Shown in pieces: positions 17,241-27,625 of a DNA stretch of 64,000 nucleotides. Origin of the DNA: Candidatus Kapaibacterium sp. (GTDB lineage: Bacteria > Bacteroidota > Ignavibacteria > Kapaibacteriales > Kapaibacteriaceae); NCBI GenBank assembly GCA_038202665.1, contig JBBRES010000001.1, forward strand, positions 13,255-77,254, read 5' to 3'. Numbering within the stretch: the first letter of the stretch is position 1; every line of letters starts with the position of its first letter. The notes below the pieces were generated by a model that was not told the DNA's origin, did not search any database, and saw only the letters and a list, made by a program, of their open reading frames with translations. Both the position numbers and the translations under genes were made by a program.

Positions 17241-19214
17241 GTGATAACTCTCACGAATATCTCCGTCGACCTTGGTAACCGCATGCTCTTTAGTGGCGTG
17301 TCGTTCCTTATGCAACGCGGAGAACGCATTGGTCTTGTTGGTCGCAATGGCGCAGGCAAGAGTACGCTCCTTCACATCATTGCAGGTGAGCGGAAGCCGT
17401 CATCGGGCGAGATCGCAAAGCAAACAGGAGCCACTATAGGCTTCCTGTCGCAAGACCTCACACTTGACGTCACGTTTACACTTCGCGAGACTGCCATGCA
17501 GGCCTTCGACGAAGTACTCGCACTTCAAGACCGGATGGATGCCATGCATCACGAGATCATGACGCGTACGGACTATGAGACCGACGACTACATGACGCTT
17601 TTGCAGAATCAGCACGATGCACACGACCTCTTCGAACGCAAGGGCGGGTCTACGATGCATGCCGATATCGATCGGATTCTTACAGGCCTTGGCTTCATGC
17701 CGACCGAATTCGATAAGCCCCTTGCACAGTTTAGTGGTGGATGGCAGATGCGGGCGGAGTTAGCAAAGCTCTTGCTCCGTCAACCAGACTGCTTGCTACT
17801 TGATGAGCCAACGAATCACTTGGATATCGACTCCGTGCAGTGGCTCGAAGACTTTTTACGCAACTACGACGGCGCCGTTGTTCTTGTATCGCACGATCGA
17901 ACATTCCTCGATACCATCACGAAGCGCACCATCGAGATCACGCGAACGAAGATCTTCGACATCCCAGCTTCGTATTCGCTGTACGAAGAGATTCGCACAG
18001 AGCGCATGGAGCTACAGCGTGCGGCAGCCGCCAATCAACAACGAGAGCGCGATCGCATTCAGAAGTTCGTTGATAGGTTCCGCTATAAGGCATCGCTTGC
18101 AACACGCGTACAATCGCGTATCAAATCGTTGCAGCGACTCGAAGACGTAGAGATAGACGACGAAGACACGTCATCACTTCGATTCTCCTTCCCGAGTGCC
18201 CCACGTAGCGGTCGTGTTGTTGTGGAATGCGTTGGCATCATTAAGAACTATGGCGAGAAGAAGGTCCTGAAGAACGTGAGCTTCGTTCTAGAGCGCGGAG
18301 AGAAGATTGCCTTCCTTGGAAAGAACGGCGAAGGAAAGTCGACGATGAGTAAGATCATCGGCGGACTTGAAACACTTACTGGCGGAGAACTGATTCTCGG
18401 TCATAACGTCTCCATCGGCTACTACGCACAGCATCAAGCAGAACTTCTTGGCGGACATAACACCGTACTGCAAGTCATGGAGAACGCGTCTCCTCCCGAG
18501 ATGCGTCCACGCCTTCGCTCACTTCTCGGCGCCTTCCTCTTTAGCGGCGACGATGTAAACAAGAAAGTAGCCGTTCTCAGTGGTGGTGAGAAATCTCGCC
18601 TTGCACTTGCTCGCCTCCTTCTGCAACCCTACAACCTTCTCATTCTTGACGAGCCAACCAATCACTTGGACATGCTTGCCAAGGAAGTACTCAAGCAATC
18701 GCTCATGGATTACGACGGATCTATGATTGTGGTGAGTCACGACCGAGACTTCCTTGATTCCCTCACTACCAAGGTTGTGGAGTTCCGTCACGGAAAACTC
18801 CAAGAGTTCTTAGGCGATGTAGACGACTATCTCAGAGAGGTACGGGAGGGAAGAAGGGCGGAGATCAACGCAACGAGTGACGTGTCCTCAGAAAAGCAAG
18901 CAACGATCGTTGAAAAGAAGCCAGCACCAAGTGTCAAGCAACACGAGCCCATTGAAAAGAAGCCTCTCGTAGGCGATGCGAAGAACGAGGCAAAGAAACT
19001 TGCCAAGAGACTATCCGAGATCGAAGGCCTTGTGGATACGCACGAGAAGAAGATCGCAGAGCTTGATCTCGTTCTCGCCGATGGCGATCTTTACAAGGAT
19101 GTACCGAAACAAAACGCTATTCTGGCAGAGCACGCAGAAACGAAGAACAATCTTGACTCGTTGTTGACCGAGTGGACAACCATTACTGAACAACTTGAAG
19201 GCCTCCATCAATGA
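17241..19214 (+). CDS. ABC-F family ATPase (two ABC domains, C-terminal coiled coil; Uup/YheS-like)
   Basis: Two Walker A sites (GRNGAGKST and GKNGEGKST), two ABC signatures (LSGG) and a charged C-terminal helix. Starts on GTG. Confidence 0.85.
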   Translation: MITLTNISVDLGNRMLFSGVSFLMQRGERIGLVGRNGAGKSTLLHIIAGERKPSSGEIAKQTGATIGFLSQDLTLDVTFTLRETAMQAFDEVLALQDRMDAMHHEIMTRTDYETDDYMTLLQNQHDAHDLFERKGGSTMHADIDRILTGLGFMPTEFDKPLAQFSGGWQMRAELAKLLLRQPDCLLLDEPTNHLDIDSVQWLEDFLRNYDGAVVLVSHDRTFLDTITKRTIEITRTKIFDIPASYSLYEEIRTERMELQRAAAANQQRERDRIQKFVDRFRYKASLATRVQSRIKSLQRLEDVEIDDEDTSSLRFSFPSAPRSGRVVVECVGIIKNYGEKKVLKNVSFVLERGEKIAFLGKNGEGKSTMSKIIGGLETLTGGELILGHNVSIGYYAQHQAELLGGHNTVLQVMENASPPEMRPRLRSLLGAFLFSGDDVNKKVAVLSGGEKSRLALARLLLQPYNLLILDEPTNHLDMLAKEVLKQSLMDYDGSMIVVSHDRDFLDSLTTKVVEFRHGKLQEFLGDVDDYLREVREGRRAEINATSDVSSEKQATIVEKKPAPSVKQHEPIEKKPLVGDAKNEAKKLAKRLSEIEGLVDTHEKKIAELDLVLADGDLYKDVPKQNAILAEHAETKNNLDSLLTEWTTITEQLEGLHQ

Positions 19215-19918
19215 ACATCATCGCAGTCGTAGCAATGCTTGTGCTCTTCGCATCACACACGCAGGCACAGAACTTTGACAACCGCCGCACAGTAAACGTC
19301 ACCGGCGAAGCAGAGACGCGCGTGGTTCCAGACCGTGCATCTGTAACCCTTGGAGTTGAAACTGAAGGGAAGATTGTGGCCGACGTCAAACGCGAGAACG
19401 ACTCTAAAGTGCGAGCCATGCTTAAGTCTATCCAAGCGATTGGCATCCAAGAGAAGGACATTCAAACAAGTCAGCTCTCCATTGAGCCACGCTACAACTA
19501 CAAACAAGACGGCACCCGTGAGTTCCTCGGCTACGTAATGCGTAACACCATCTACGTCTGGATCAAAGACCTCACAAAAGTAGACGCTGTGATAGGAGCA
19601 AGTGTAAACCAGGGTTCCAATGTGCTGCAGAACATCGAGTTCAGTTTCAGCGAGACGAAACGCGTCGCCGATTCCCTACGAGTTGCGGCAGCGAAAGACG
19701 CAAAGGTCAAGGCAGAGGCTCTTGCCGGTGCTGTCAGCGCGCGCATTGCCAGAGTGATCTCGATGAACGAGTCCGACTATCAACAGCCGCCTGCTCCCAT
19801 GTGGGCTAAGGCGCGGGGCATGTCAGTCCGCGAAGATGAGGACGAGGGTGGACCAACAGTTTCTTCGGGTCAGCTCATTATTCGCTCTACTGTGAACGCC
19901 GTGTTCGAGTTGGAGTAA
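19211..19918 (+). CDS. SIMPL-domain periplasmic protein (DUF541)
   Basis: Signal peptide and SIMPL family pattern (RTVNVTGEAETRVVPDRASVTLGVE). Confidence 0.7.
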   Translation: MNIIAVVAMLVLFASHTQAQNFDNRRTVNVTGEAETRVVPDRASVTLGVETEGKIVADVKRENDSKVRAMLKSIQAIGIQEKDIQTSQLSIEPRYNYKQDGTREFLGYVMRNTIYVWIKDLTKVDAVIGASVNQGSNVLQNIEFSFSETKRVADSLRVAAAKDAKVKAEALAGAVSARIARVISMNESDYQQPPAPMWAKARGMSVREDEDEGGPTVSSGQLIIRSTVNAVFELE

Positions 19919-20682
19919 TGCTCAACAACAAGAAGATCATCGTTGTCCTCCCTGCCTACAACGCCTCGAAGACGTTGGAGAAAACGTATCGCGAGATACC
20001 GTTCGATATCGTGGACGATGTGGTACTTGTTGATGATTATTCACGCGACAACACTGCGCATGTAGCACGCGAGCTTGGCATCACGCATGTTATCCGTCAC
20101 GAACAGAACAAGGGCTATGGCGGCAATCAGAAGTCGTGCTATGCCATGGCGCTAGCGCTTGGTGCAGACATTGTGATCATGCTCCATCCCGACTATCAAT
20201 ACACTCCGCTGTTGATTCCCTCGATTGCCTCGATCATTGCCAACGATCTCTATCCGGTAGTCCTTGCATCTCGTATCCTTGGCAAGGGAGCACTACAAGG
20301 CGGCATGCCACTCTACAAGTACATTGCCAACAGAGCGCTCACCTTCATTCAGAACCTTCTCGTCGGATACAAACTCAGTGAGTATCACACGGGCTACCGA
20401 GCGTTTTCACGTGAGGTGCTTGAGGGCATCTGCTTTGAGCGTAATTCTGACGACTTCGTTTTTGACAATCAGATGCTCTCGCAGATTATCTATGCGGGCT
20501 TTGATATCGGCGAAGTAACGTGTCCCACAAAGTATTTCGAAGAAGCATCTTCTATCAACTTCCGTCGGAGCTCCATCTACGGCCTCGGCGTTCTTGTGAC
20601 GAGCCTCAAACACTTCTTGCAGCGCATCGGCATTGGCCGGTTCGCATTGTATGAACAACCAACTTCAAAGAGCAGACTATGA
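19918..20682 (+). CDS. family 2 glycosyltransferase (DPM1-like)
   Basis: GT2 N-terminal motifs IIVVLPAYNASKTL and VLVDDYSRDNT. Confidence 0.8.
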   Translation: MLNNKKIIVVLPAYNASKTLEKTYREIPFDIVDDVVLVDDYSRDNTAHVARELGITHVIRHEQNKGYGGNQKSCYAMALALGADIVIMLHPDYQYTPLLIPSIASIIANDLYPVVLASRILGKGALQGGMPLYKYIANRALTFIQNLLVGYKLSEYHTGYRAFSREVLEGICFERNSDDFVFDNQMLSQIIYAGFDIGEVTCPTKYFEEASSINFRRSSIYGLGVLVTSLKHFLQRIGIGRFALYEQPTSKSRL

Positions 20683-21914
20683 TGATCCGCGCCTTCCTCC
20701 TTTCCGCCTTCCTGTGTGCAACCTCTATTACAGCCATGGCGCAGCAGCCAACGGAGTTTCTTACACAGGGCAACGACGCCTATCAAAAGAACGAGTATAA
20801 GAAAGCCATCGAGCTGTACACGAGCGCTATCAGTGGCTCTCCGTCGCTTACACAAGCGTATTACAATCGTGGCCTTGCCTACATGCAGTCGAAGCAAAGC
20901 GCCAATGCCTTGCGCGACTTTAGCAAAGTGATTGAGCTTGATCCTCGGTTTAAAGACGCGTATCTGAATCGAAGCTTCATCAACATCGTAGAGCATCGCG
21001 TCACCGACGCCGTGCCAGATCTGACGGCGTACCTAAAGATCGATGGACTCAATGCAACGGCATGGTTTAATCGAGGTCAGGCCTATCAGGAAATGGGAAA
21101 GAACGATTCTGCGATGGCAGACTTTACGAAAGCGATTTCGATAGACACAACACTGATGAGTGCCTACTTGGCGCGCGGTGTGAACTATGCGCGTGAAGGC
21201 AAAACAGATCTCGCAATCAAAGACCTTGAGCGCGCCACAAGGCTCAATCCGGAAGAACCACTTGGTTGGCTTAATCTCGGACAGGCCTACTTCTCTGCAG
21301 GACATGGCGACTCTGCCGGTACTGCTTGGAGAAAGTTCATTACGATGGAAAAGGGAACAGCACGTTCGAAGCAAGTAGATACGATGCTCATCGAAATGTG
21401 CCAGGACACACGCGGCGTTGTAGACAAAGCGTTTCAAGACACGTCCAAGCTCGTATCTATCAAACTGCCACAACACTGGTTCACCAATACGCAAGACGAT
21501 GGCAAGGTCTTCAATTTCTTCGTGTCGAAGGAACGCATAGATAAGCCACAAGACATGTACACAAGCGGCGTAGCTATTCATATGCTTCGAGATGTGGCCA
21601 AGAACTACAACCTGAAGGACCCTACTCCAACGTCAATCGTAACGTTCTGGACGGCCTTCCTTGACGACGCGAGCAAAGAGTACGATGTGTACACCGTGAG
21701 CAAGACCGAGCCCATCAAGGTGGGCGCGTGGACGGGAAGCATTCGCGACATTACTCTGCGCATTAAAAAGGAGTATTACACGGTGCACAAGTGGGAGGCC
21801 GTTGTGGCCAACCGCGACAACGTACTCTGGGTAACAGCGGAATGTCCGGCAGATCTATGGCCCGCATTCCGTGATCGTTTTCGCAAAGCCATCGAAACCA
21901 TGCGTCTTCCGTAG
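20679..21914 (+). CDS. secreted TPR-repeat protein
   Basis: Signal peptide, TPR repeats in the N-terminal half and an uncharacterised C-terminal half. Confidence 0.6.
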   Translation: MMIRAFLLSAFLCATSITAMAQQPTEFLTQGNDAYQKNEYKKAIELYTSAISGSPSLTQAYYNRGLAYMQSKQSANALRDFSKVIELDPRFKDAYLNRSFINIVEHRVTDAVPDLTAYLKIDGLNATAWFNRGQAYQEMGKNDSAMADFTKAISIDTTLMSAYLARGVNYAREGKTDLAIKDLERATRLNPEEPLGWLNLGQAYFSAGHGDSAGTAWRKFITMEKGTARSKQVDTMLIEMCQDTRGVVDKAFQDTSKLVSIKLPQHWFTNTQDDGKVFNFFVSKERIDKPQDMYTSGVAIHMLRDVAKNYNLKDPTPTSIVTFWTAFLDDASKEYDVYTVSKTEPIKVGAWTGSIRDITLRIKKEYYTVHKWEAVVANRDNVLWVTAECPADLWPAFRDRFRKAIETMRLP

Positions 21915-21923
21915 ATTTGACCT

Positions 21924-22478
21924 ATGATCCTCACAGACAAAGAAATCCTCGCAGGTATTGACAATGGCAAGATCGTAATCGAGCCATTTGATCGTGCCTG
22001 CCTTGGCTCCAACTCGTACGACGTCCACCTTGGACGCACGCTCGCGCTCTACAACAACGAAGTACTAGATGCAAAGGCGCACAACCGCATCACCACGTTT
22101 GAAATCCCTGAAGAAGGCTATGTATTGGACCCGGGGAAACTCTACCTGGGCGTGACCGAGGAATACACAGAGTCGCACGCACACGTGCCGTTCCTCGAGG
22201 GCAAAAGCAGTGTTGGCCGCTTGGGCATCGACATTCATGCAACGGCCGGCAAGGGCGACATAGGGTTCTGCAACTACTGGACGCTCGAGATCTCCGTCAA
22301 ACAGCCTGTGCGCGTCTATGCTAGCATGCCGATAGGTCAGCTCATCTACTTCCTCGTGCATGGAGACGTGATCAACCCATACAACCGCAAGCCAGGCGCC
22401 AAGTACAATGAGCGCGCGGCCATTCCGGTTGAGTCGATGATGTGGAAGAACTTCCCTGAAAACGAACGCATCGTATGA
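21924..22478 (+). CDS. dcd: dCTP deaminase
   Basis: Strong Dcd family similarity (MILTDKEILAGIDNGKIVIEPFD...). Confidence 0.9.
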   Translation: MILTDKEILAGIDNGKIVIEPFDRACLGSNSYDVHLGRTLALYNNEVLDAKAHNRITTFEIPEEGYVLDPGKLYLGVTEEYTESHAHVPFLEGKSSVGRLGIDIHATAGKGDIGFCNYWTLEISVKQPVRVYASMPIGQLIYFLVHGDVINPYNRKPGAKYNERAAIPVESMMWKNFPENERIV

Positions 22479-23089
22479 TCCTTCGCCTCCTGTCTTTCAG
22501 CCTTGCCGCCCTCCTCCTGCTTTCGTGTGCAGAAGAGGAAGAAGGGCGTTTGGATGAATCTGTTTTTGATGGGCAGAGCATTCTTGATGAGCGCGCCGAG
22601 AAAGACAAAATGTTCGCGTCGTCTGATGATTCGCCCATCCCTGCACCACAGCGCGCATCGTTCTCGGGTCTGTCGTACTATGCGCCAGACTCGAACTATT
22701 GCATCGATGCCAACCTCGAGATCTTTGCCACACCAGACACTGTAGCGATGCAAACGTCCATTGCGAGCGACATTCGGAAGGCGTTGCGCATTGGAAAGTT
22801 TTCGGGGATGGTGAAGGGCGGCAAGGTGGCACTCTATGCGTACACGTTTATGGATGGAGAAGCAGATCAGCTTTTCGTGCCGTTCACAGATAAGACGAGT
22901 GGATTTGAAACGTATGAGGCCGGAAGGTACCTTGATGTAGAACGTCACGACGACGAAGACTATATTCTCGACTTCAATCGCGCGTACAGCCCATACTGTG
23001 CCTACAACAGTCAGTATGCATGTCCGCTAGTACCCGCAGAAAACCGTCTTCCCTTGTCCATACGTGCCGGAGAAAAACGATGGCACTAA
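22475..23089 (+). CDS. DUF1684 domain protein
   Basis: Family pattern ..YYAPDSNYCI...YEAGRYLDVE...YCAYNSQYACP. ATGA overlap with dcd. Confidence 0.6.
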   Translation: MILRLLSFSLAALLLLSCAEEEEGRLDESVFDGQSILDERAEKDKMFASSDDSPIPAPQRASFSGLSYYAPDSNYCIDANLEIFATPDTVAMQTSIASDIRKALRIGKFSGMVKGGKVALYAYTFMDGEADQLFVPFTDKTSGFETYEAGRYLDVERHDDEDYILDFNRAYSPYCAYNSQYACPLVPAENRLPLSIRAGEKRWH

Positions 23090-23703
23090 CACTTCGTGTT
23101 GTTGTAGCCATTGCGTCACTGAGCATGCTTGCCACATCGTGCCTATTCGTCAAGGCACCGGACCAAAAAGTAACGGTCGAGAACGTTGCCCTGAGTCCCA
23201 AGCCAGAGATTGAAATGAGCGACGAGCTTGTTCGAACAAGAACAGGCGACATGATTGCGCTATTGCCGAAGGGCTGGTTTTTTCTTGACACGAAGGGACA
23301 AGAGTCCTCCGACATTTTTGCTGTTGCGGTCAATCCAGACTATACCGTTAGCGCCGTCTTCGCCTCGATCCCTAATAGCGAGTCGTCCAAGGAGATGCTC
23401 GAGAAGGAAGGCGTACTTGGCCTAGCACGAGCTTCATTCAACAAGCACGCACGCAAAACAGCGAACTCCACAAAGCTAATCGGCACATACTCAACGGCAG
23501 AGCTTGGACCACGTCGGTTCGGGTGCTATGAATTCTCTACAAGTGGAGGCAGCCTGCGCACTCGCTGCGCCGTCTTCACGTCGAGTCTTGGCAACCATTA
23601 CGAATTCGCCTTGGTACCGATGACGGTAAGTGGGAAGGACCTTCTTCCGGATGCAGAGCAAGTGAAAATCTTCCGATCCATTCTGGCAACCGTACAGTAC
23701 TAA
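23080..23703 (+). CDS. hypothetical lipoprotein
   Basis: Start taken at MALTLRVVVAIASLSMLATSC (lipobox). Confidence 0.4.
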   Translation: MALTLRVVVAIASLSMLATSCLFVKAPDQKVTVENVALSPKPEIEMSDELVRTRTGDMIALLPKGWFFLDTKGQESSDIFAVAVNPDYTVSAVFASIPNSESSKEMLEKEGVLGLARASFNKHARKTANSTKLIGTYSTAELGPRRFGCYEFSTSGGSLRTRCAVFTSSLGNHYEFALVPMTVSGKDLLPDAEQVKIFRSILATVQY

Positions 23704-24128
23704 TGCAGCTTTCAGAAGACACCGAAGCGGTATTGGAGTTCCTCGATACGACGATCGAGGGTGGACTTCGCAAGCGTAACGACGTGGGCACTATCCTTGA
23801 ACTAGGCGCTTCGCACGGTGAGTCTGAACTCTTCAACACCATCTCTCGCACCGGTACCGGAATGTTCAAGGTGTATAGCACTCTACGCAGACTGCAACAA
23901 GGCGCCGATGGATTTGCGCAGTTGGAGCGAGAGTTTGCCATGCAAATGAATCTTCTTCGCGAACAACTTGCATCGATTGTACAGCATGCGGACGACGCGA
24001 CGGCGCTTCGTTTCGACGACATCTACTTTGGTATGACGCAAGGCGTTATTCGCAACCTCGTAGACCTTGCACACGATCTGGCTAAGATCAAGGGACTTCA
24101 GAACGACGGTGCGACACCTCAATCTTGA
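23703..24128 (+). CDS. hypothetical protein
   Basis: 141-aa ORF with coding-like composition and no recognisable family. Confidence 0.3.
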   Translation: MQLSEDTEAVLEFLDTTIEGGLRKRNDVGTILELGASHGESELFNTISRTGTGMFKVYSTLRRLQQGADGFAQLEREFAMQMNLLREQLASIVQHADDATALRFDDIYFGMTQGVIRNLVDLAHDLAKIKGLQNDGATPQS

Positions 24129-24921
24129 TATAGTTCTCGGCATCATCTGCACTGAGTTGTTTGCTCAGATCGTATTGAATGTTCATGTGCTCCCCGCATG
24201 GTGGTTTGTTGTCCCCGCGGCGGCATGGCTTATGTACACGATAGACCGATTGCTGGATGTGCGAAAGCAAGGCAATCAGTACAACACACCACGTCATCGA
24301 TTTCATCTGAAGCATCAGCGAGCGTTATGGACGCTCGTTGCTCTCATCATTCCTTGCACGCTCGTTGCTGCACTTCTCTTTCTTCTGCCTGATGTTTGGA
24401 TCGTAGGCGCGGTCCTTGGTACGCTCACACTGTTGCACGTTGTTACGCAGGGTCCCGGACTCCGAAAGTATCGTGGTGTGATCAAAGATGCGACCGTCGT
24501 GATCATCTACACGTCTGCCGTGTGGTCTGTACCGCTACTGCGTTGTGCGCAAAGGCCTTTCGCAGTGTGGCTCTTCCCTGCCGCCTTCCTCGTTCTTGCA
24601 ACACAAAATGTTGTGTTGTTCGGTTTGATGGAGATGCGTTCAGACGAAACGCTCGATCGTTCATCGGTCGTTCGAACTCTTGGCATCCCACGGTCTGCAG
24701 CGTTGTTGCATGCATGTACGGCGCTCATCATTGGCCTCTCCATTGTTCTTGCAACGTCCAACGCGCCGCACGCATTGGCAGCGGCTGTGATCATCGTGGT
24801 GATGACGATCACGCTCGAGGTCCTCTATGCGGCGCGTCGAACAGTTGCAAAACATGAAGTCTATCGGCTGATTGGTGATGGAATCTTCTACCTTCCCGCC
24901 CTCATCGTATTGGTACCATAG
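24067..24921 (+). CDS. polytopic membrane protein (possibly UbiA-like)
   Basis: Seven or more hydrophobic segments. The start is uncertain. The ORF overlaps the upstream ORF by 62 nt, and an in-frame GTG at 24187 is an alternative start. Confidence 0.4.
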   Translation: MHTIWLRSRDFRTTVRHLNLDIVLGIICTELFAQIVLNVHVLPAWWFVVPAAAWLMYTIDRLLDVRKQGNQYNTPRHRFHLKHQRALWTLVALIIPCTLVAALLFLLPDVWIVGAVLGTLTLLHVVTQGPGLRKYRGVIKDATVVIIYTSAVWSVPLLRCAQRPFAVWLFPAAFLVLATQNVVLFGLMEMRSDETLDRSSVVRTLGIPRSAALLHACTALIIGLSIVLATSNAPHALAAAVIIVVMTITLEVLYAARRTVAKHEVYRLIGDGIFYLPALIVLVP

Positions 24922-25468
24922 CGCGTTCAATGCCAAGCACTCTGCGAGCGAGTTTGAGCGCGCGCTCGTGTCGCTTTCGCATACACATCCCGGAAACACC
25001 GATCCGACGGGCAGCTTCTTCGAGCGTGAGACCTTCTAGGTAATGAAGGTTCAACACTTGGGCATAGTGCGATGGTAAGCGCCGCAGTACGCCTTCTGTT
25101 TCGAGATGATCATCCAAGGTGCTCTCGGAGGTGATCGCATGTTGTGCGGCCAAAGACTCCTCTACGATGGCCCATCCAGACTCGTCTTCGGTTGCGTCGG
25201 GATAGACGTGCTTACGCTTGCGTTTTGAGATTCGCATCAAGTAGCGCGACATCACGCGGTATTCAAAGGCAGGCGCGTCGTGCACGGGCTCTCGCGCTGC
25301 GCGTGTAGCATACAAGGTGGCAATGGTGGCGGCGCTCTGCGCATCGTCCACATCGTCAGGTGAACACAAGGGGAATTGACGCTCGTATCTACGATACACG
25401 TCGGCTGGTTCCCGTTCCATGCTAATCTCCATGAACGGTGGGTGAAAGTGTTGCGAACATCCTTCCAC
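24902..25468 (-). CDS. ECF-type RNA polymerase sigma-70 factor
   Basis: Sigma-70 region 2 and region 4 (LEGLTLEEAARRIGVSGMCMRKRHERAL). Confidence 0.8.
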   Translation of the reverse strand: MEGCSQHFHPPFMEISMEREPADVYRRYERQFPLCSPDDVDDAQSAATIATLYATRAAREPVHDAPAFEYRVMSRYLMRISKRKRKHVYPDATEDESGWAIVEESLAAQHAITSESTLDDHLETEGVLRRLPSHYAQVLNLHYLEGLTLEEAARRIGVSGMCMRKRHERALKLARRVLGIERAMVPIR

Positions 25469-25557
25469 CGTGCGCCATCAACCAACCTCCAATGTATAAA
25501 CGCGTCACTTCAGCCCTCTGGCACTCCATATCCGTGTGCGTTCGTAGTTTGGCCCAC

Positions 25558-26175
25558 ATGAATCCAATCGCTTTTTTGGGAAGCATCCCAACAACGGAAG
25601 TACGAATGCCGGCCGGCACGTGGGTGTTCCGAGAGAACGAAAGCTGCGGTCGCGTTGGCTTTGTGCTCTCTGGTACAATTCGCGTGTTCAAAGAACACGA
25701 GTCCGGAAAGAGCATCACACTGTACCGACTTGGTTTTGGCGACTCGTGCATTCTCTCCATGTCGTGCGCACTCTCAAACCCTATTCATCAAGCATCTGCA
25801 ATTGTCGAAGAAGATGCTGTGGTCCTGACGGTATCAACGGCGGAGTTTCGCGCGCTCATGGACACGTCGCATGAAGCACGCGACTACGTCTTTAGCGCAT
25901 TCGCTACGCGCCTTACCGATGTGCTCATGCTACTCGAAGAAGTCGTCTTCCGTCGGATGGATGCGCGCATTGCCGGACTCCTCCTCGAACACGCTGCCCG
26001 TCATGGTTCGGATACGATCGAAATCACACACGAACAACTAGCAGACGAGGCGGGCACCGCGCGTGAAGTGGTTACACGTCTGCTTCGCGAATTCGTGACC
26101 AATCAGTGGGTGAGCACCGCACGAGGAGTCATCACGCTCACGAACAAGGGAGCACTGGCCAAAGCGGTTGCGTGA
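25558..26175 (+). CDS. Crp/Fnr family transcriptional regulator
   Basis: cNMP-binding domain and C-terminal HTH (QLADEAGTAREVVTRLLREF). The start was taken at MNPIAFLG. Confidence 0.75.
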   Translation: MNPIAFLGSIPTTEVRMPAGTWVFRENESCGRVGFVLSGTIRVFKEHESGKSITLYRLGFGDSCILSMSCALSNPIHQASAIVEEDAVVLTVSTAEFRALMDTSHEARDYVFSAFATRLTDVLMLLEEVVFRRMDARIAGLLLEHAARHGSDTIEITHEQLADEAGTAREVVTRLLREFVTNQWVSTARGVITLTNKGALAKAVA

Positions 26176-26248
26176 CCTTGGTCACACAGTCCAGCGCCTT
26201 GCTTTTCCCTAGTTTTGAGAACGATCATTCACAACGCAACACACAACA

Positions 26249-27625
26249 ATGTTCTTCAAACAGATCTACGAACCAGGCCTCGCCCACGCATCGTACATGG
26301 TGGGATGTCAGAAAACCGGAACCGTCATGGTGATCGACGCCAAGCGTGACGTCGACACGTACATCGAGATCGCACAGCAGGAACGACTGCAGATCACGCA
26401 CCTTACCGAAACGCACATTCATGCAGACTTCTTAAGCGGAACGCGCGAACTCGCCGCGCTCACGGGCGCAGAAATGCTGCTGAGTGATGAGGGCGGCGAG
26501 GAGTGGCGCTACGAGTTTCCGCATACTGGACTCAGGAATGGCGACATCTTTATGGTGGGTAACATTAAGGTGGAGGTTGTTCACACACCAGGCCATACAC
26601 CTGAGCACATCTCCTTCTTGGTAACCGACACTCCGGCCATTGCGGACGTACCGATTATGATGTTCACAGGCGACTTCGTCTTTGTTGGCGATGTTGGACG
26701 TCCGGATCTTCTTGAAAAGGCGGCAGGGTACAAGGGCACGATGGAGATTGGGGCACGACAACTTTGGACTTCCCTTGCCGCCTTCCGCGCCTTACCAGAC
26801 CATATTCAGGTTCATCCTGCACATGGTGCCGGATCTGCTTGTGGCAAGGCTCTAGGTGCGATTCCTTCGTCGACGGTGGGGTATGAAAAACTAGTAAACT
26901 GGGCATTGCGCCACACCAACGAAGAAGAGTTCGTGCAAGAGCTTCTGTCGGGTCAGCCAGAGCCTCCCTACTACTTTGCCCACATGAAACGCTTAAACAA
27001 AGTTGATCGTCCGCTCCTTCCAAACGTACCCGAGCTCAAACGACTTTCGCTTGCCGATATCGACGATGCTCTAGCGAACAACCAAAACATCGTAGACACG
27101 CGGTCGAAGGTGTCGTTCGCAGGTGGACACATTCCGAACACAATCAACATCCAAGACAACAAGGCCTTCTCTACATGGGCCGGCTGGATGCTCGACTACA
27201 ATGAGCCCTTCACCGTAATCGCTCCTCCTGAACGCACAAACGAGATCATGCGGAAGCTTATGCGCATCGGACTTGATTCTGTTCGCGGCGTTATCGAAGA
27301 CGTCACCATGTGGACGGATGCCGGCAGAGACCTGGCTACTGTTCCACAAATCGACCTTGACGAACTCAAGCAACGCTACGATCATGAGAACGTATTCGTA
27401 GTCGATGTACGCGGTGCAACGGAACATGCGGAAGGTCATATCCCAGGCGCAACAAACATTCATGCCGGCTACCTTCCGCAGCACTACGCAGAAATTCCGA
27501 GAGACAAAGTCGTCGTAATCTCCTGTCAATCCGGCGACCGCTCCAGCATCGCAACATCCATGATGCTTCGCGCCGGATTCACCAACGTGGTAAACTTCCC
27601 GTTGGGGTTTGGGGGATGGAAGTGA
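26249..27625 (+). CDS. persulfide dioxygenase-rhodanese fusion (MBL-fold + two rhodanese domains, CstB-like)
   Basis: MBL-fold motifs (THIHADF, HTPGHTPEH), a non-catalytic rhodanese domain and a catalytic rhodanese with a CQSGDRS loop. The stop TGA is the first triplet of repeat array A. Confidence 0.8.
   Translation: MFFKQIYEPGLAHASYMVGCQKTGTVMVIDAKRDVDTYIEIAQQERLQITHLTETHIHADFLSGTRELAALTGAEMLLSDEGGEEWRYEFPHTGLRNGDIFMVGNIKVEVVHTPGHTPEHISFLVTDTPAIADVPIMMFTGDFVFVGDVGRPDLLEKAAGYKGTMEIGARQLWTSLAAFRALPDHIQVHPAHGAGSACGKALGAIPSSTVGYEKLVNWALRHTNEEEFVQELLSGQPEPPYYFAHMKRLNKVDRPLLPNVPELKRLSLADIDDALANNQNIVDTRSKVSFAGGHIPNTINIQDNKAFSTWAGWMLDYNEPFTVIAPPERTNEIMRKLMRIGLDSVRGVIEDVTMWTDAGRDLATVPQIDLDELKQRYDHENVFVVDVRGATEHAEGHIPGATNIHAGYLPQHYAEIPRDKVVVISCQSGDRSSIATSMMLRAGFTNVVNFPLGFGGWK

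Noticed and set aside
24902-26175. ECF sigma with cognate anti-sigma
   Set aside because: No anti-sigma-like (zinc-finger or TM) ORF follows the sigma gene on its strand. The neighbouring gene is a divergently oriented Crp/Fnr regulator.
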